A stretch of DNA of 52,765 nt, filler included, from Sphacelaria rigidula (Eukaryota), in the NCBI GenBank assembly GCA_964200075.2. It is 4 parts of 4 records of this genome, joined end to end, with 100 filler letters (N's around TTAATTAATTAA, not from the genome) between each part and the next. Parts side by side here need not be neighbours in the genome. Positions count along the whole stretch, not along the records: positions 1 to 13,117 come from CAXNAA020003140.1; positions 13,218 to 26,334 come from CAXNAA020003141.1; 2 more parts are not named here. One strand, given 5' to 3'. Of the stretch, positions 12,456-25,428 are shown one piece after another; position 1 is the stretch's first letter; each line of letters starts with the position of its first letter. The notes under the pieces were generated by a model, which did no database searches, was not told where the DNA came from, and was given only the letters and a program-made list of their open reading frames with translations. The translations under genes and the position numbers were made by a program.

Positions 12456-13117
12456 CGTTGGTCCTTTTCCAGTGACAGTTCCGGAACTGGTTTTGAGGGG
12501 GGACCACCACGACATGGCTCTCTCGAGGATACTGATGGTGGAGCCACGGAGCAGCTGCATATACATTGCACAATGCATTGCCACTGCAACACCAGAAAAT
12601 TATCGTTTGCTCACTACTCCCTGTTGACCAGCTCTCTAGTTATTACACCGTGGTATTTCACTTTGGCGGGGGTTTACAGAAACCTCGGCGCCTTTGTCAT
12701 CCTTTGACCGCGAGGGCAGAGGTTACCTGATGAATCGGCATCAACATCACCCGTGGCCACATCAATCATATCGGCTGAACTTCCATATTTTTCAAGATAG
12801 GGGAGTGAGGTGTATCCTCGAAAAAGTCCGCTGAAACGTTCGCCACGCATCAAGAAGGACTTGTACTGTAAATGCCGATTACTTCTTGCCGTTTGGGCTG
12901 CGGGAAAGGGTACTGATCGTACGGAGCCAGACGAAGATTACAGAATTCGTTGTGGAAGGTGGAATTTGTTGCCGGGTGTTGCGTAATTTCCATACGTCGG
13001 ACGAGCACGAGTGTCACTCATGGCACTCGTGCTCGTAGGCCGAAAAATTGATGGGGCGAGCACTCGAGTCATTGCTCGTTGTGAAACAAATAAAAGGGCG
13101 AGCACTCGAGTCATCGC

Positions 13118-13217
13118 NNNNNNNNNNNNNNNNNNNNNNNNNNNNNNNNNNNNNNNNNNNNTTAATTAATTAANNNNNNNNNNNNNNNNNNNNNNNNNNN
13201 NNNNNNNNNNNNNNNNN
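13118..13217. other. Assembly gap with TTAATTAATTAA six-frame-stop linker
   Basis: 100-nt N run with central ttaattaattaa; identical at 26335 and 39551. Confidence 0.97.
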
Positions 13218-13276
13218 ATAAGGGGCTCCTAACAATTCTAATCTCAGAAATTATTTCTCTACCCCTACCGTAGCAT
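13218..13276. mobile_element. MITE family A end fragment (truncated by gap)
   Basis: ...ctcagaaattatttctctacccctaccgtagcat is the reverse complement of the family left end. Confidence 0.7.
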
Positions 13277-15830
13277 CACTCAGCAAACACATGATCTTCG
13301 GCTCGGCTTCGATATCGTTGGTCCAACAAACCCCAAGCGCGTACGATGTTCGACATCACCTTCTCGAAACTCTCCGGCGATCGCGACACGATGTCTGCGT
13401 CGTAGGCATACACCATGCCCCACAGCGGCTCCGCGGTCTCCACCATCGTGACCTTCACCATTTCCCTTGGTGCTCTCTTGATCTTCGCCAAGTACGCCGT
13501 CACCTCGCTGTCTTTGGCGAACTCTTCTGCTGATACTATGAGCAATGCGACGAAGAACAGATTGAACAGCAGAGGCGCAAGTTTGCGCTCCTGTCGAAGC
13601 CCCTGGCCCATATGTCGGACGAGTCGGAGCACGTCCCGTCGTCAATTCGCACACGCGCCATCATGCCGTCGTGGAACTGGAGGATGATCGCCAGCATCTT
13701 GGGGGGCACGCCGAACCGCTTGCGCACGGTACACAACTCGTTCGACGGAGTCATATGCCTTGATTAGATCAATGAAGCGCGCGTAGGTGCTGGGTGCTCT
13801 TCTTCCGCGCCAGCTCGTGAAGTCGCCGGATCACAACATCATGTCGTAGGTCAAGCGGGCTGGACAAAAACCGCTTCTCTCCTCCGGGAGGATGCCCTCG
13901 CGCTCGTAGTAATTGCTCAAACGTGTGACAATGAGTTCAGGTATCACTTTGCCAGCGTGTGTCACCAGAGAGATACACCGGCAGTTGCCACACTCCGTCG
14001 AGTCCCCCTTCTTGAACAGCACCTTCATGGCGGTGTCCTTCCACTGCTGTGGCACCCCTTCTGCCACATGGTGACGATGATATCGTGGAATGATAGAGGG
14101 TGCCTTGGTCTTCATCGAGCAATACTTTGATGAGCGCTGCCGGGAGCTCGTCCGACCCCGCTGCGTTCCTGTTGGTCATTCCCCGTATCGCTTCTTCGAC
14201 CTCGAACCTGGACGGCATATCGTCGAGCGGCACGCACTTGAGCCACGGCTTTGAACTGCTCAGATATTCGCGGGTTGGCAGTTGGCGACTAGATGTTGAG
14301 GACTTTGTGCAACCACCTGGCCCATCGCGCGAGGATGAGCACGGGTCTCGCAGGAGCTTGTCGTTCTCATCCTTAAAGTTTGGCGAGGCGACGGACTGCT
14401 GACTGATGCCATGATAGCCCTCCCCCCGGAAAGTGGCTGGTTTCAGGAGGCAAAAATCACACGTTCATCAGGAAAACAAAAGCCGAGCACAACGAGCAGC
14501 TGAGAATCCCCGCGTTTGGGGTCGCTTTCGCCAATGTCGTCCATATAAGGCGCTTCATGTAGTCTTAAACCGGCTATCATGCGCTGGATGGCTATTTCCT
14601 TCGCGGCGGGTTTGGGCCTGGTTTGGGGAGGGGCTATCGTGACATCGCTCTGTTATAGTTCGACGTCTATTTTCTCTTTCACAGCTTCTCTTACCGAGCT
14701 GCGTCGCATACTCGTGAAGAACTTACACACGACCCTGTTTGGTATTTGGTTGAACTCTTCCGCGGCTGTCTTCAGTTTCCTTCGCAGAGGCGTGTTCGTT
14801 GGGCCACCGCGGTGTCGTCATCGGATTGCCTCCTTCTTTCACGCCTCGTGAATCTCGCATTTCGGTCCTCGTTTGCACTTAGTCCGGGGGGCGATCTTCG
14901 CGACTGCAGAAAACATGTATTCGTCAACTCCGGGACCGTCTTGCCCCCCGTTGATCCTGGCATGGTTGGGTGGGGAAGCAAAATATCTGGGCTGGAGTGC
15001 ACTCCGGAGGATGTCCTTCGACTTTATTCATTTGAGATTGATGGTGGCACGTCCGCTGGGCCGTTGCTGTCTCTTTTGCGTCGGTAGGGCGCAATACGGT
15101 GGAGACGTCGAACGACAACGTACACGAGGGTGTTGTTTGAGCCTTTGAAGTGAACGCGGTGTACTGAGGCATTCCGCACGAGTCTCAGGTTCGCATGTCG
15201 AACGGCTATATAGTTGAGGCGATGTTGTTCCTTCTCGCTGTTGGTTGTTGTGACGTGTGTGAGGCTCCGCCCTTAGGTGCGCTGAAGAATGTGTTGGTGA
15301 TGGAGAGTGCGTTGTCCACGGTGAAACCCAACAGTCGTCGTCCTTTGCTATTCAGCGTATATTACCCGGTTGCACCAAGCACCTTCGTATCACTACATTC
15401 GTCTAGCTTCCCACCCATCCGAGCATTGGCGTCCATCACGACCACGAGCCGGTCACCGCGAGGCACCTCTCGGATCGCGGCGTCTGCTGATCCCCAGACC
15501 TGGTCTCTAGCAGTAGTATCACTGTTCTCTGTGGGTACTTATTCAGGAACTAGAGATACCCAGTCCGATTTTCCCGGCTGCAGGGTTACTTTCATCAATC
15601 TTGGGCTGATGCTGTCCGCCCCCCAGTCTCCCTCCTCCGGTCCGTCCCAGACAGGCTGTCGGATAGCGAACCCCATCCCATGCACTCACCCGCGCGAACT
15701 CCTTGCGTTAGAATATTGTGACGGGCACGATGATGTCCCTTCTGATCCTTTGTCCTCGTACGCACTCTGCTCCTCATCAAGACGTACCCCATAGGCATGA
15801 TTGAGATTTTTCCCTCATTTGGAGTCCGAT
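13277..15830 (-). mobile_element. Degenerate non-LTR retrotransposon (RTE-like LINE): AP endonuclease + reverse transcriptase
   Basis: Frameshifted motifs VVMDANARMG (endonuclease), [80 protein letters not shown] (YADD); the 5' boundary is approximate. Confidence 0.9.
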
Positions 15831-16039
15831 GACGTCAGAGACGGTCTCGGACATTCCAGACGGCGGTTGGTGTGTTGTGGCTCACGAGGTACTTGCCCCT
15901 GTAAGCGATTGTGCGGACGATGAAGGTACCCACAGTCAGCTCGCCCGACCGTGCCGTTGCCCTAATACTTACTCGTCTCTTTCGGTCCGCTAAGCGTAGT
16001 GTTCGATTTCTATTACATTTTGTTTTAGCTCAGCGAAAG

Positions 16040-18040
16040 TGCATCGGTACATCCTCCCCCGAAATATGAAGAGTATGAGGAAGCTTTTCAGAGTCGAAAC
16101 AAGAAGCGTGCGCGAGGGCTGTCTTGTTGACTGTAACTGAGTTAGTGCCAAAGCACGTTCGCGCACGCCAGTCCCAGAAAATCTATGACGGCATGATTCT
16201 GGACGATGATCAAGTCGAGGAGGAGGTCGATTGGTGGAAAATGCAAACTATTGGAAAGATACAGCAATTGAACCTTCGGTCACTGCAGCTGGCGTGAAAA
16301 GGGCGCTGGCCGCGCGAACGGAGTCGATGGTTATTGGTAGCATCGAACGGCGGTGATGTGACCTCGAGAAGTGCTTTGCCGAGAACGCGAGTGCTGAGCG
16401 TGCGTTTCGTGTCGAGGATCGCACGTTCAAAGAAGGACCCACACAGATTACCACGCGCGATATGCTCGCCGATACAAGCCCTCTGGATTTCGAAACGAAA
16501 GGTGAGAACGTACTAAAAATGAAGAGGGGGTGGAAAGAGGACCCTGGGTTGGTCCGCGATACCGCTCGTGGAGCAGCAGAAGCGTCGAAGACGATGGAAT
16601 CGTTGATAAGCAGCTGCAGCAGAAGAGCGATCGGGGGAATTCTGCGCCAAAGAGACAACTGCCGGTGCTAAGGTGGCAACCCCCGGGAATGGGACTCCCA
16701 GCTCTGGCATATCTCGGAACCGGGGCCGAGCTCTGCGGGTTGTTTCGAATGTGGTCGTAAGGGCCACTTCCGGAGGGATTGTAAGAAGCTAGGTGGAGCT
16801 GCTACCCCAGGGGATACTACAGGCGGGCAGGCGAAGACGTACGGTATGCGACAGCAACAGCAGCAGCATTCCTTGGACGCAGCACAGGCACATCGCGGAG
16901 GAGGCAAGGACCCCGCGCCCATAAGGGCTGTGTTTTCAGACAATGGAGGCGGTGCTCTAGTGGTGGAGCGATAATGCCGCCTAAACCGGCCGTTTCTACC
17001 GGTGGCTTACAGCACACCGTGTGGGTGGAAACAGCCCCGGACAAAAAGTCTTCGACTGTGCCGACGTGGAGATCGCTAAGAGCTGGTGAGGTGTCAAGGT
17101 TTCGGTCTGAGGGTCTAGTCGTGGAAAACAAGGAATGGTGGTGTTTCACGGACCTGTCGGTACCGAGTGTAGGGAAAAGGGTGCTTGTCGGGTCACGGCC
17201 ATTCTGAACTCGGGATCTGGAATTAAAACCATGTCAGAGGGTCTATAGGCAAAATCGCATGCTGTGGTTCCAAATGTTCGAGTGGTCACACCGATGGTTG
17301 GTGAGCAGTTTATTGGTGAAGTTGGCTAATGGCAATGTTGGGTGCGTCAGGCAGAAATTTGTCTTATCCGAACCACTTTACACACCAGCTGGGGACCGGT
17401 CGTGTGGAGCCCATCTTCATATGCGGTCATGCCGGGTGTGGACCATGGTGTGATCATGGGGATCCCTATGCTGGAAGCGCTGGTTACTAGTGCGTGCAGT
17501 AGCTTGGATCCTTGTGCGCGCGCGAGGAACATTTCGGTCCGTGGTGTAGGTATGCCTAACTTCAACGACTTTCAGCGTATGAATATCGCGGTTGGGCCTT
17601 TGCAGCAGCCGGGTGATCGGGAGGAGTCCGTGGATCCCTCGGTCGAGCGGTTGATGTCACGAGGCCTGGTGATAAGCATGATCCCGGAACAAGAGCTTGC
17701 TGGAGGTGAGTTGCAAATGTTTTCGGCGAGCGCTACGTGGTGATCTGCCTGATCGTATCAAACTCTTGAAGGTGTAGGTCAAACCTGGTGCCTTGATGGT
17801 CCAGGTCTAGCCCGCGTGCGTACTCTCGGGTTAAGACGGCGTGGTTGGCACGCTGCATGGTGACCGGGGTAGTGCCGGCGATCGTGGTGATTGCGACGCC
17901 CGAAAGGGCGGTTTCCGACTGGTGAGTGATTACCGTGCCGTAAACGAGCGAAGTGAAAGTATGCCGAGTGTGATGAGTGGGATGCCAAACCACCAGGCGG
18001 AGATGGTCGGTGCTGGGGATCGCTTGCTTCGGCAATGTAC
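16040..18040 (+). mobile_element. Truncated, degenerate Ty3/Gypsy internal region (gag-protease-RT start)
   Basis: Zinc knuckle CFECGRKGHFRRDC at 16741, protease-like AILNSGSG at ~17200, RT start KGGFRLVSDYRAVNE; similar to the element at 19356-25198; boundaries approximate. Confidence 0.8.
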
Positions 18041-18436
18041 ACTACCTGCTGCTCCGTGCATGCCAAGTGTGTTCTCAGTAACATGCTGATCCGACGAAAA
18101 CGAGAAACCGGGACCTTCGGTTCTCATCGCTTTCTCATTGGCCCATGTAGGCTCCGCTCTCTCAACAGCAGCGGCAGCAACGGTAGGATCAACCATACGC
18201 GCGGCAGTTTCCATCTTCTGCTCGCCTCGCCCGTCAACGGCATTAGTAGAATCTATACTGTATCCAGCGCTCTCATGCTTATCCTCTTCGACAAAAGTAT
18301 GCCGCGTGACCTTCTCGCCCTCTAAAACAGCAATACCGGCAGAAGCCAAACCACCTTCTCGGACCGTACTCTTATGGGGCATGCTGTCGTGCCTGTTCCC
18401 TCGGACAGACATATGCTGCGTCACCTTCTCGGAGCC

Positions 18437-18687
18437 ATGCTACGATAGGCGCACGCGCGCGCGCGGGGGGGTGATTCCAAGACAAAAAGGACACATAGGT
18501 GTGTCAGACGACCCAACACACTTGCGGCGCTCTTGAACTTGGGTGAGAACGGTGTCAAGCAGTATGAATGAGCGTCGTCTATCGGTGTCAAGCGCTTTCA
18601 AACAGCCGTTTCTGCTTTCAACGACAACTTGAAGTAGAATTTCGTGGAAGGAATAGCACAAATACCCACCCCGCCCTATCGTAGCAT
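18437..18687. mobile_element. MITE related to family A (different interior)
   Basis: TIRs atgctacgatagg / cctatcgtagcat; 251 bp, almost the same size as 2470-2721. Confidence 0.65.
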
Positions 18688-18908
18688 GGATCCTGGCTCT
18701 TCGCAGTACAGGTAGCTGCCCTGCGTCGTTGCTACATACGCGCGCGCTCCTACTACTGTATTCTCAGCGGGAACGTTATTGTGTCTGTCTTCTCGGACAG
18801 CCACCTGCTACGTGACTTTTTCGGCCTTCGAAGTGCAGGCAGCAGCTACCTCGCGGCCATTGCTTCAGACACGGGCGTGCTACTACTACTGTACTCTCGT
18901 CATGCGCG

Positions 18909-19351
18909 CTATGCCTGTCCCTTCAGACAGACACCCGCTCGTGACGTCCTCGTCCTCCACAGTGCAAGCAGCTGCCCTTCGTCGTTGCTACAGACGCGAG
19001 TGCGGCGTGCGCATCCTGGGATAACCATCATCCCACCCCCTACCATCTTTAGTCCTAGCGCCGTGCACCACACCCGAAGATAGCTCCTGTCTTGACGCCC
19101 TGTGGGCACCATCGCTCGAGTAAGACGCATGCTTGCGCGACGCGAAAGCGAGTGCTCTTGTCCAGTATCAAGGGTATAATTCGAGGTCGTTGCACACAGA
19201 TATATTCTAATATGCATACGGATGAGATCTGAGACCGCTGGCACCTCAAACACTTTCAAGCCTGTCCCACGCGCGTGCACTTCGTGGTTTTCACGGATGT
19301 AGTGCTCATATTGCCGTAAAACCTCGGTAAATTTCTCACTAAAGAACATGG
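18909..19351 (-). pseudogene. Remnant ORF (possibly gag-like) interrupted by the Gypsy insertion; 5' part at 25199-25355
   Basis: Removing the element and one AGTC joins ...DMTHYD-S-MFFSEKFTEVLRQYEHYIRENHEV in frame. Confidence 0.5.
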
Positions 19352-19355
19352 AGTC

Positions 19356-19596
19356 TGTGACGAAAATACGCTGTTACGTTGAGTTGGTAGTGATGATATG
19401 GATAATGACTGGGGGCATGGAGATTCCGGAGGGTTCTGGATAATGACGGGGGACACGGAGATGGTATCTGCAGGTCTAGAAAGCTGATGCCCTGGAAGGT
19501 CACTCCGAGAATCTGACAACTGAAACCGAGGCCGGAATGACTGGGGAGCCCCTCAACAGCAGTGATCCAGCAGTTCTTTCTCTGGCTGGCGTCCCA
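19356..19596 (+). repeat. 5' LTR (241 bp)
   Basis: tgtgacg...gtccca; matches 24941-25198. Confidence 0.93.
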
Positions 19597-19929
19597 ATAT
19601 CGGTATTAGTGCTAGCGTTAGTGCAAGAAAGGATTTCGGTAGGAGTCTGGTAGCTGTAAAAAGCCTGATAACCCACGGACGTGTGGAGAGGGTTCCAGCT
19701 GAGGCGGCTGCAGAAAGGCGGCTGGCCTGTGATTGATCCAGACTGGAGACTTACTGAAGCTGCGTGCTGTGGGACTTCGGAGGCTCGTACGACTGTGTGG
19801 TGCGGTGACGAAGCAAGGAAAGGGCAATTCGCGAAGGTCCGCTGACCTGCAAAGGTCCGCAGGTAGCCGCTTACAGCTACAGCTATGGCTACCGGCTCAC
19901 GAGGTACGTCCACCGTGACACCCATGGTC

Positions 19930-22900
19930 ATGCGGGAAGAGTAGCGACCTCCCCAATACGGGGACAGTTACGCAGAGAGTGCATCTCGCACTTTGTATAC
20001 AAAATACTTGGAGTACAAGAAGCGTGTGGACCACGCTAACGCAGGGGATGCCGTGCGGCATCAGGTGGTGACAATGGCTCAACAAGGGCCAACTCATGTA
20101 CGGAGAGTGTTCGCTCGTTTGAAACATAATGAGTACTATCACCCCGCCGCAATGGGTTGCGGCGATCAAAAAGCACACTGGGCGTGCGGTGGGCTTCGAG
20201 GTAGATCTGACCCAAACGTCCGCGGTCGTGGCGAAAGCTGTCGCCACGGATTCTGGGGGGAAAACGATGTTGGAGCGAGTGGAGCCCATCCTAGCCAATC
20301 TGGAGGAGTACTTCACGGAAAATCCAATGTGAGACTAGTATATTGTTCCCCCGATGGTAAGTTTATTCCCGGCCCGGCTGCAGTAGTCATCAAGGTTTTG
20401 GTGGAGGGGTTGGCACCTGAAAAATTCAAGCAAGCCGTGCTTATCAAGCTGCAGCACCAAACAGACTGTAAGGCCGACCCATACCTGATGGTGAGCACCG
20501 TCGTGGCCGAAGTCAAGGAGTGGCGGAAAACAGAGGTGTTCGACCAGTCGTCCGCCTCTTCGCCGAAATCTTTGCGCAACCATGGCTCGAAATCGGCCGG
20601 TCGTGCCGCGAGTATTACTTGTCACCGCTGTGGCCAGGTCGGCTATTACGCGCGCGATTGCCCAACGTCTTCCCGTGGAGAGTCTGGGCAGTCTAGTGCC
20701 GCACGCCATCAGCATCGTCAGCAAAAGGGCAAAATACGATGTAATCGTGGTGGCGGCGGGGGATCCTCTGGCGATGGAGGGTCGCAGACGAGCCCTCAGC
20801 AGCAGCCGTAGCAGCAGCAGAGTCAGCAGCAGCAAGGGCAGCGGCGTCAGCATGGGCCTGCCTCTGGGTCCCGTGCCGCCGTAGGTGCTGCTGCTCCGCA
20901 ACAGGCGGTGCAGGTGGGCCCTACTTCTACAGAGTCGAACACTACGCCGGCGTCGGTGGTGGCGCCGACGGCGACACTGGCAGCAGCGCCAGGCGCGACG
21001 CCTGCTGAGGCGCTGGTCGGAGGTCCGCCAAGTGCTTGGTTTGCTGAACCTGCCAGGGCGTCTTTGCCTGCGCAGCTTGCGCAGCCGTGGCGTCAAGTGG
21101 GATTAGCGGCGCATAGGTCGGCGGAAGAAGTTCCCGTGGAGCTTGCCGACAGATACATTCCTGCGGAGTTATGTCTTTCGAATCAACGGCAGGGTGGAGC
21201 CATTATGCTTCAGCCTGTGTTGGATTCTGGCGCTCATTTCACTAGTCTGCCGGTGCAGATGGTTGAGATGGTGGAGCGTCAACTCCCGGGTGTGCCGCTG
21301 CGCATCCCATTTTCGCTCGGGGCGCGGCAGGTAGTCACCGCGTCGGGTCAGCATGTTGCCGTCACGGAGAGTACTGTTCCGTTGCAGTTAGCTTTCAAGA
21401 CTGCTCGGGGGCTGGTGCCGTTGCCTCCGATCTCGTTTGCGATTACGTCAGGGTTGAACGGCGTTGTTCTTCTAGGGCTGCCGACGCTACAGAATCTACG
21501 AGGCGACCCATATGAGTGGTTGAAGGACTCTATCAAGACGCGGATGTCTCCACCTGGTCTGCACGTGGAGACGCCCGCCTTTTTGGGCAGTCGCCGCGTG
21601 AGCTTGTCGGTGGGTGTTTTTCAGGAGGCTGGGGGCAGGTGACCGAGGAGTGGGATGCGGTGGTGGAACGCTTAGTAGAACGCGGCCCGGACATGTTCAT
21701 GGGCCCGGCGGAAGGAGTCCGCTCGGAGGGTTGCGCTGGAGGAGAGCGTGACGAATGCTGTGGGGAAAGGCCTCAGCGTCCCCAAAGCGGAACGCCTGCG
21801 CGGCATCTTGCATCGTCGCGTCAACGCGTTTCGTCGTGCACCGCGGGGTGATCCCCCTGCCCGCGTGGAGCCCATGCGCCTTCAGCTGAAACCTGGGGCA
21901 TCCGCGGTGAAGACCAAGCCGCGGCGGTACGATCCGGTGAAGTCGAGCTGGTTGGCGTCGTGCATGGCGGCTCTTTTGGCGCTTGAGTTGGTAGTCCGGA
22001 ACCTGCAAGTGGTATGGTCCAGTCCGGCGATGACGGTCCTCAAGAAAGACTTGTTCGCCTGGTAAGCGACTACAAGGCCGTAAATGATCAGGTTGAGACG
22101 TCGCCGGGTGTGATGCCTAATCAAGAGTCGGACATGCGTGATCTCTTGAGTGCTCGTCTTTTTGGCAATTTGGATCTCCTTCAAGGTTATTGGCAGATGC
22201 CATCGGCGGAGTAGGTGCAGGAGATTTTCACAATCACGACCCTGTTAGGCTTGTTTACCCCGAAGCGAGTGCCGCAAGGCGTATTGAATGACACGGCATA
22301 TTTTCAAGGTATCATGACAGAACTGCTTGTCGGCTTGAAATACCAGATATAGGTGGACGATGTGTTTTTTTTCGCGGACACGGAAGATGAACGTTTAGAC
22401 ACGCTTGATGCTATCTTGACCCGTTTAGAGAGTATTGGTTTGTTTGCGGCGGGGCACAAATGCACTTTCTTCGCTAGTGAACTCGTATGGTGTGGGAAAG
22501 TGAACTCACACGGAAGCGTATCTCATGACTCTTTTAGATTGCAGGGCTTGTCTGACATGCGGCGCTCGAAGACGGTCGCAGAACTCATACAATTCCTACA
22601 GGCCGCGAATTGGCTGTGTACCTCGTTGCCGCGTATGGCAGAAACCGTAGCTCCCTTGCACTGCTTCTTCGAAGAACTCACGGCGGGTGTTGCGAGGCGG
22701 ACGAAGCGTGTTGCAAAAAACCGCGCTACTCCGCCTGCATCGTGGACGGAGGGCAGGTTGCAGGCGTGGGCGGCAACGAAGGATCTGGCAACTCACGCCG
22801 TGACGCTGTTTCATCCTCGTCCTGATCGTCAGGTGCTAATGTTTCCGGATGCATATGAGTGTCATTGGGGTAGTTTCGTTACGCAGGTGCCTATAGCGAA

Positions 22901-24866
22901 AATGCAAGGACGCCTGCCGGTTGAGGACATGACGCATGAACCGCTGGCTTTCCTCAGTGGTAGTTTTAAGGGTTCGCAGTTGCGTTGGGCCACAATTGAT
23001 AAGGAAGATTTTGCTGTCGTCAGCACTTTTCGTCTTTTGGAGCATCTTTTGTGGGATAGCCTGCACATATTTACGGATCACCGAAATCTCGTGTATATTT
23101 CGACCCGGAAGCGTGCGTTATGTTTGTGTCGAACGCATTGGCACAACGTTTGCAGGGTCAAAAAGCTGTTCTTGGCCAGTAGCGTTACTTAATTTGCCAT
23201 ATTTCGGGTGGCTGTAACGCGTGGAGTGACTTGCTTTCGCGTTGGGTGAATATTCCGGCTTTGTCTGTGCGTGCTGTGGCTGTGCATGGTCCGTGTGAAC
23301 CTGATGACTCGATGCCGTCCAAATCTGTTGTCCGCCAAGCGCAACGAAAATACCTCGGGGCCAAAGATGCGGATGTGCAATCTTTCGAGTTGGACGTTGG
23401 TGCTGCTATCTTGGACAATGAAGGTCTGTTTTGTGTGCATGTGCGTGGCCGAATTTTTGTGGATTCCGAGTGCTGAAGAGCAGTTGCAGGTACGTCTGAT
23501 GACTTGCGCGCACATGCGCGACGCCGAGCATCATGGTGTGGCTGCGACGCTCGTACGCTTGCAAGAGTTTTGTGTCTGGCAGGGTACAGAAACTAATGTG
23601 CGCGAATTTGTTCGCCAGTGTCTTCACTGTGCTGACTCGAGGGCGGGCGACGTTGTTCCCTACCCGCTGGGCGAAACGGTCCATGCGGCCACGCCGAGTG
23701 AAGTCGTTTATTTCGACTTCTTGTACGTGGGCAAGAGTGGCCCGCTAGCTTCCCAAGGTTTGTCGGAGGATGCTGGGTTTCGACACATTTTGGTAATCAT
23801 GGATGAATTGAGCAACTTTGTGGCTCTAGAACCAGTAGCAGTGTGTACTGCTGAATCGACCGCTGCATCTTTGGTGAATTGGTGCAAATCTTTGGGGGTG
23901 CCGCGTGTGTAGGTGAGTGATACCGCCACGCATTTCAAGAATGCGATCTTGGCCCGATTGCGATAGGCGTTGCCCGTTGATCACCAGTTTGCGGTAGCGT
24001 ATTCTCCGTGGTCTAACGGAACGTGCGAACGCATGGTCAAGAAAGTAGTTCGTGCTTTTCGCTCTTTTTTTCTCGAGCAGCGTAGAGCGGTTTCCGAGCG
24101 GGTGGACGTATTGCCGGCGGTGCAATGGGCGCTTAATACAGCGTATCGTCGTCGTTACGATAGTACGCCGTACCACGTGCTGTTTGGTCGTGTCCCTCGG
24201 ACGTCTTTCTCGGTGCTGGCGTCTTCGTCGGTGGGGGAATGGAAGTGTGATGTTCTGGACAATGTTCAAATCAAGAGTGCACTGCAAGGAGTCTTGGACG
24301 CGCAAGAACGTTTCCACGTTCAATTTCAGGAATATGCTGCCGCTGAACGTGCGCGTAGACGTGAGGGGTCCTCGTTGGGACTGGAATTGCCGAATTTTGA
24401 GGTAGGCGGCTATGTATTGTATGCACGCGTGCGTCGTCCGGGTGTTACGCCCAAGTTGATGGCGACGTGGACTTGTCCATAGAGAGTGGTTGGTACTCAC
24501 CACCCGCGCGTGTTTGAGATTCAAAACATTGTTTCGGGTCGTGTTCAGATCGCCCATGCCGCTCGTTTGCGTTTTTATGCAGTCTCGCAGCTAAATGTTC
24601 CGGCTGACGTCAAGGACGTATTCCAGCATGCTTTCAATCAGGGGCAATTTCAGGTGGCTGGTATTGTCCGAGTGGCAGAAGCAGACGATCGTTCGTTGAT
24701 CGTGTTGGTCGACTGTGTTGGTTTTGAAGTTGAGGAGCGTACGTGGGAGCCTTTCAAGGATATTTTTGAGGCCGCTCCAGAATTTCTCACGAAGGATTTG
24801 CGTAAACTGCACGTGGCTCGTGCCGTTGCTGCTCGTATTACAAGTGAGTTTGGTATTCAATTGTGA
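19930..24866 (+). pseudogene. gag-pol of the Gypsy element (many stops and frameshifts)
   Basis: ORF fragments at 19993, 20908, 21748, 22353, 23271, 23970 and 24486 carry consecutive gag, PR, RT, RH, IN and chromo motifs. Confidence 0.9.
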
Positions 24867-24940
24867 CTTACTCATCCTTTTGGCGTTTTCTATGTTTGAA
24901 GCTTGTTGATCGATTTTTGTCCTACGCACTTTGGGGGTGC

Positions 24941-25198
24941 TGTGACGAAAAAACGCCGTTTCGTTGAGTTGGTAGTGATGATGTGGGTAATGACTGGGGG
25001 CACGGAAATTCCGGAGGGTTCTGGATAATGACCGGGGACACGGAGATGGTATCTGCAGGTCAAGAAAGCTGGTGCCCCTGAAGGTCGCTCCGCGAATATG
25101 AGATGTTGTAAAGGCTGACAACTGAAACCGAGGCCAGTATGACTGGGGGGCCCCTCAACAGCAGTGATCCAGCAGTTCTTCCACTGGCTGGCGTAACA
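24941..25198 (+). repeat. 3' LTR (258 bp)
   Basis: tgtgacg...gtaaca; has 17 extra nt relative to the 5' LTR; preceded by ttgggggtgc. Confidence 0.93.
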
Positions 25199-25362
25199 AG
25201 TCGTAGTGCGTCATATCTGTCACGCGCACGCGGTCAACACGACTATCGATGAAGACAAAACACTGCACATCGTCCCCTTCAGCAGTCGACGAAGCTTCGC
25301 CGCCGCCACCACACTTTTCACAAAGCGCCGGGTCATCACGACATGCGTACATCATGAATATA

Positions 25363-25428
25363 CCTAACCATAGGGATGTTCAAATTCCGATGCGGTCCTC
25401 TCAGCACGCGGTCCTCTCACGCATTACA
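25363..25428. mobile_element. MITE family C end fragment
   Basis: ...gatgcggtcctctcagcacgcggtcctctcacgcattaca. Confidence 0.75.

Larger units (their letters stand above)
19356..25198 (+). mobile_element. Full-length Ty3/Gypsy (chromovirus-type) LTR retrotransposon, pseudogenised
   Basis: Two TG...CA LTRs, AGTC duplicated on both sides, degenerate Met-tRNA-like PBS (cggtattagtgc), G-rich PPT; gag CHRCGQVGYYARDC, protease VLDSGA, RT (LDLLQGYWQ, xVDD), RNase H (FPDA..., FTDHRNL), integrase (H..H..C..C, SPWSNG..ER), chromodomain-like TWEP. Confidence 0.95.

Noticed and set aside
13118-13217. TTAATTAATTAA palindrome repeated three times in the window
   Set aside because: Always centred in a 100-nt N run; an artificial scaffolding linker
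20335-21106. Arg-rich 253-aa minus-strand ORF and similar shadow ORFs
   Set aside because: Antisense or alternative frames of GC-rich Gypsy gag sequence
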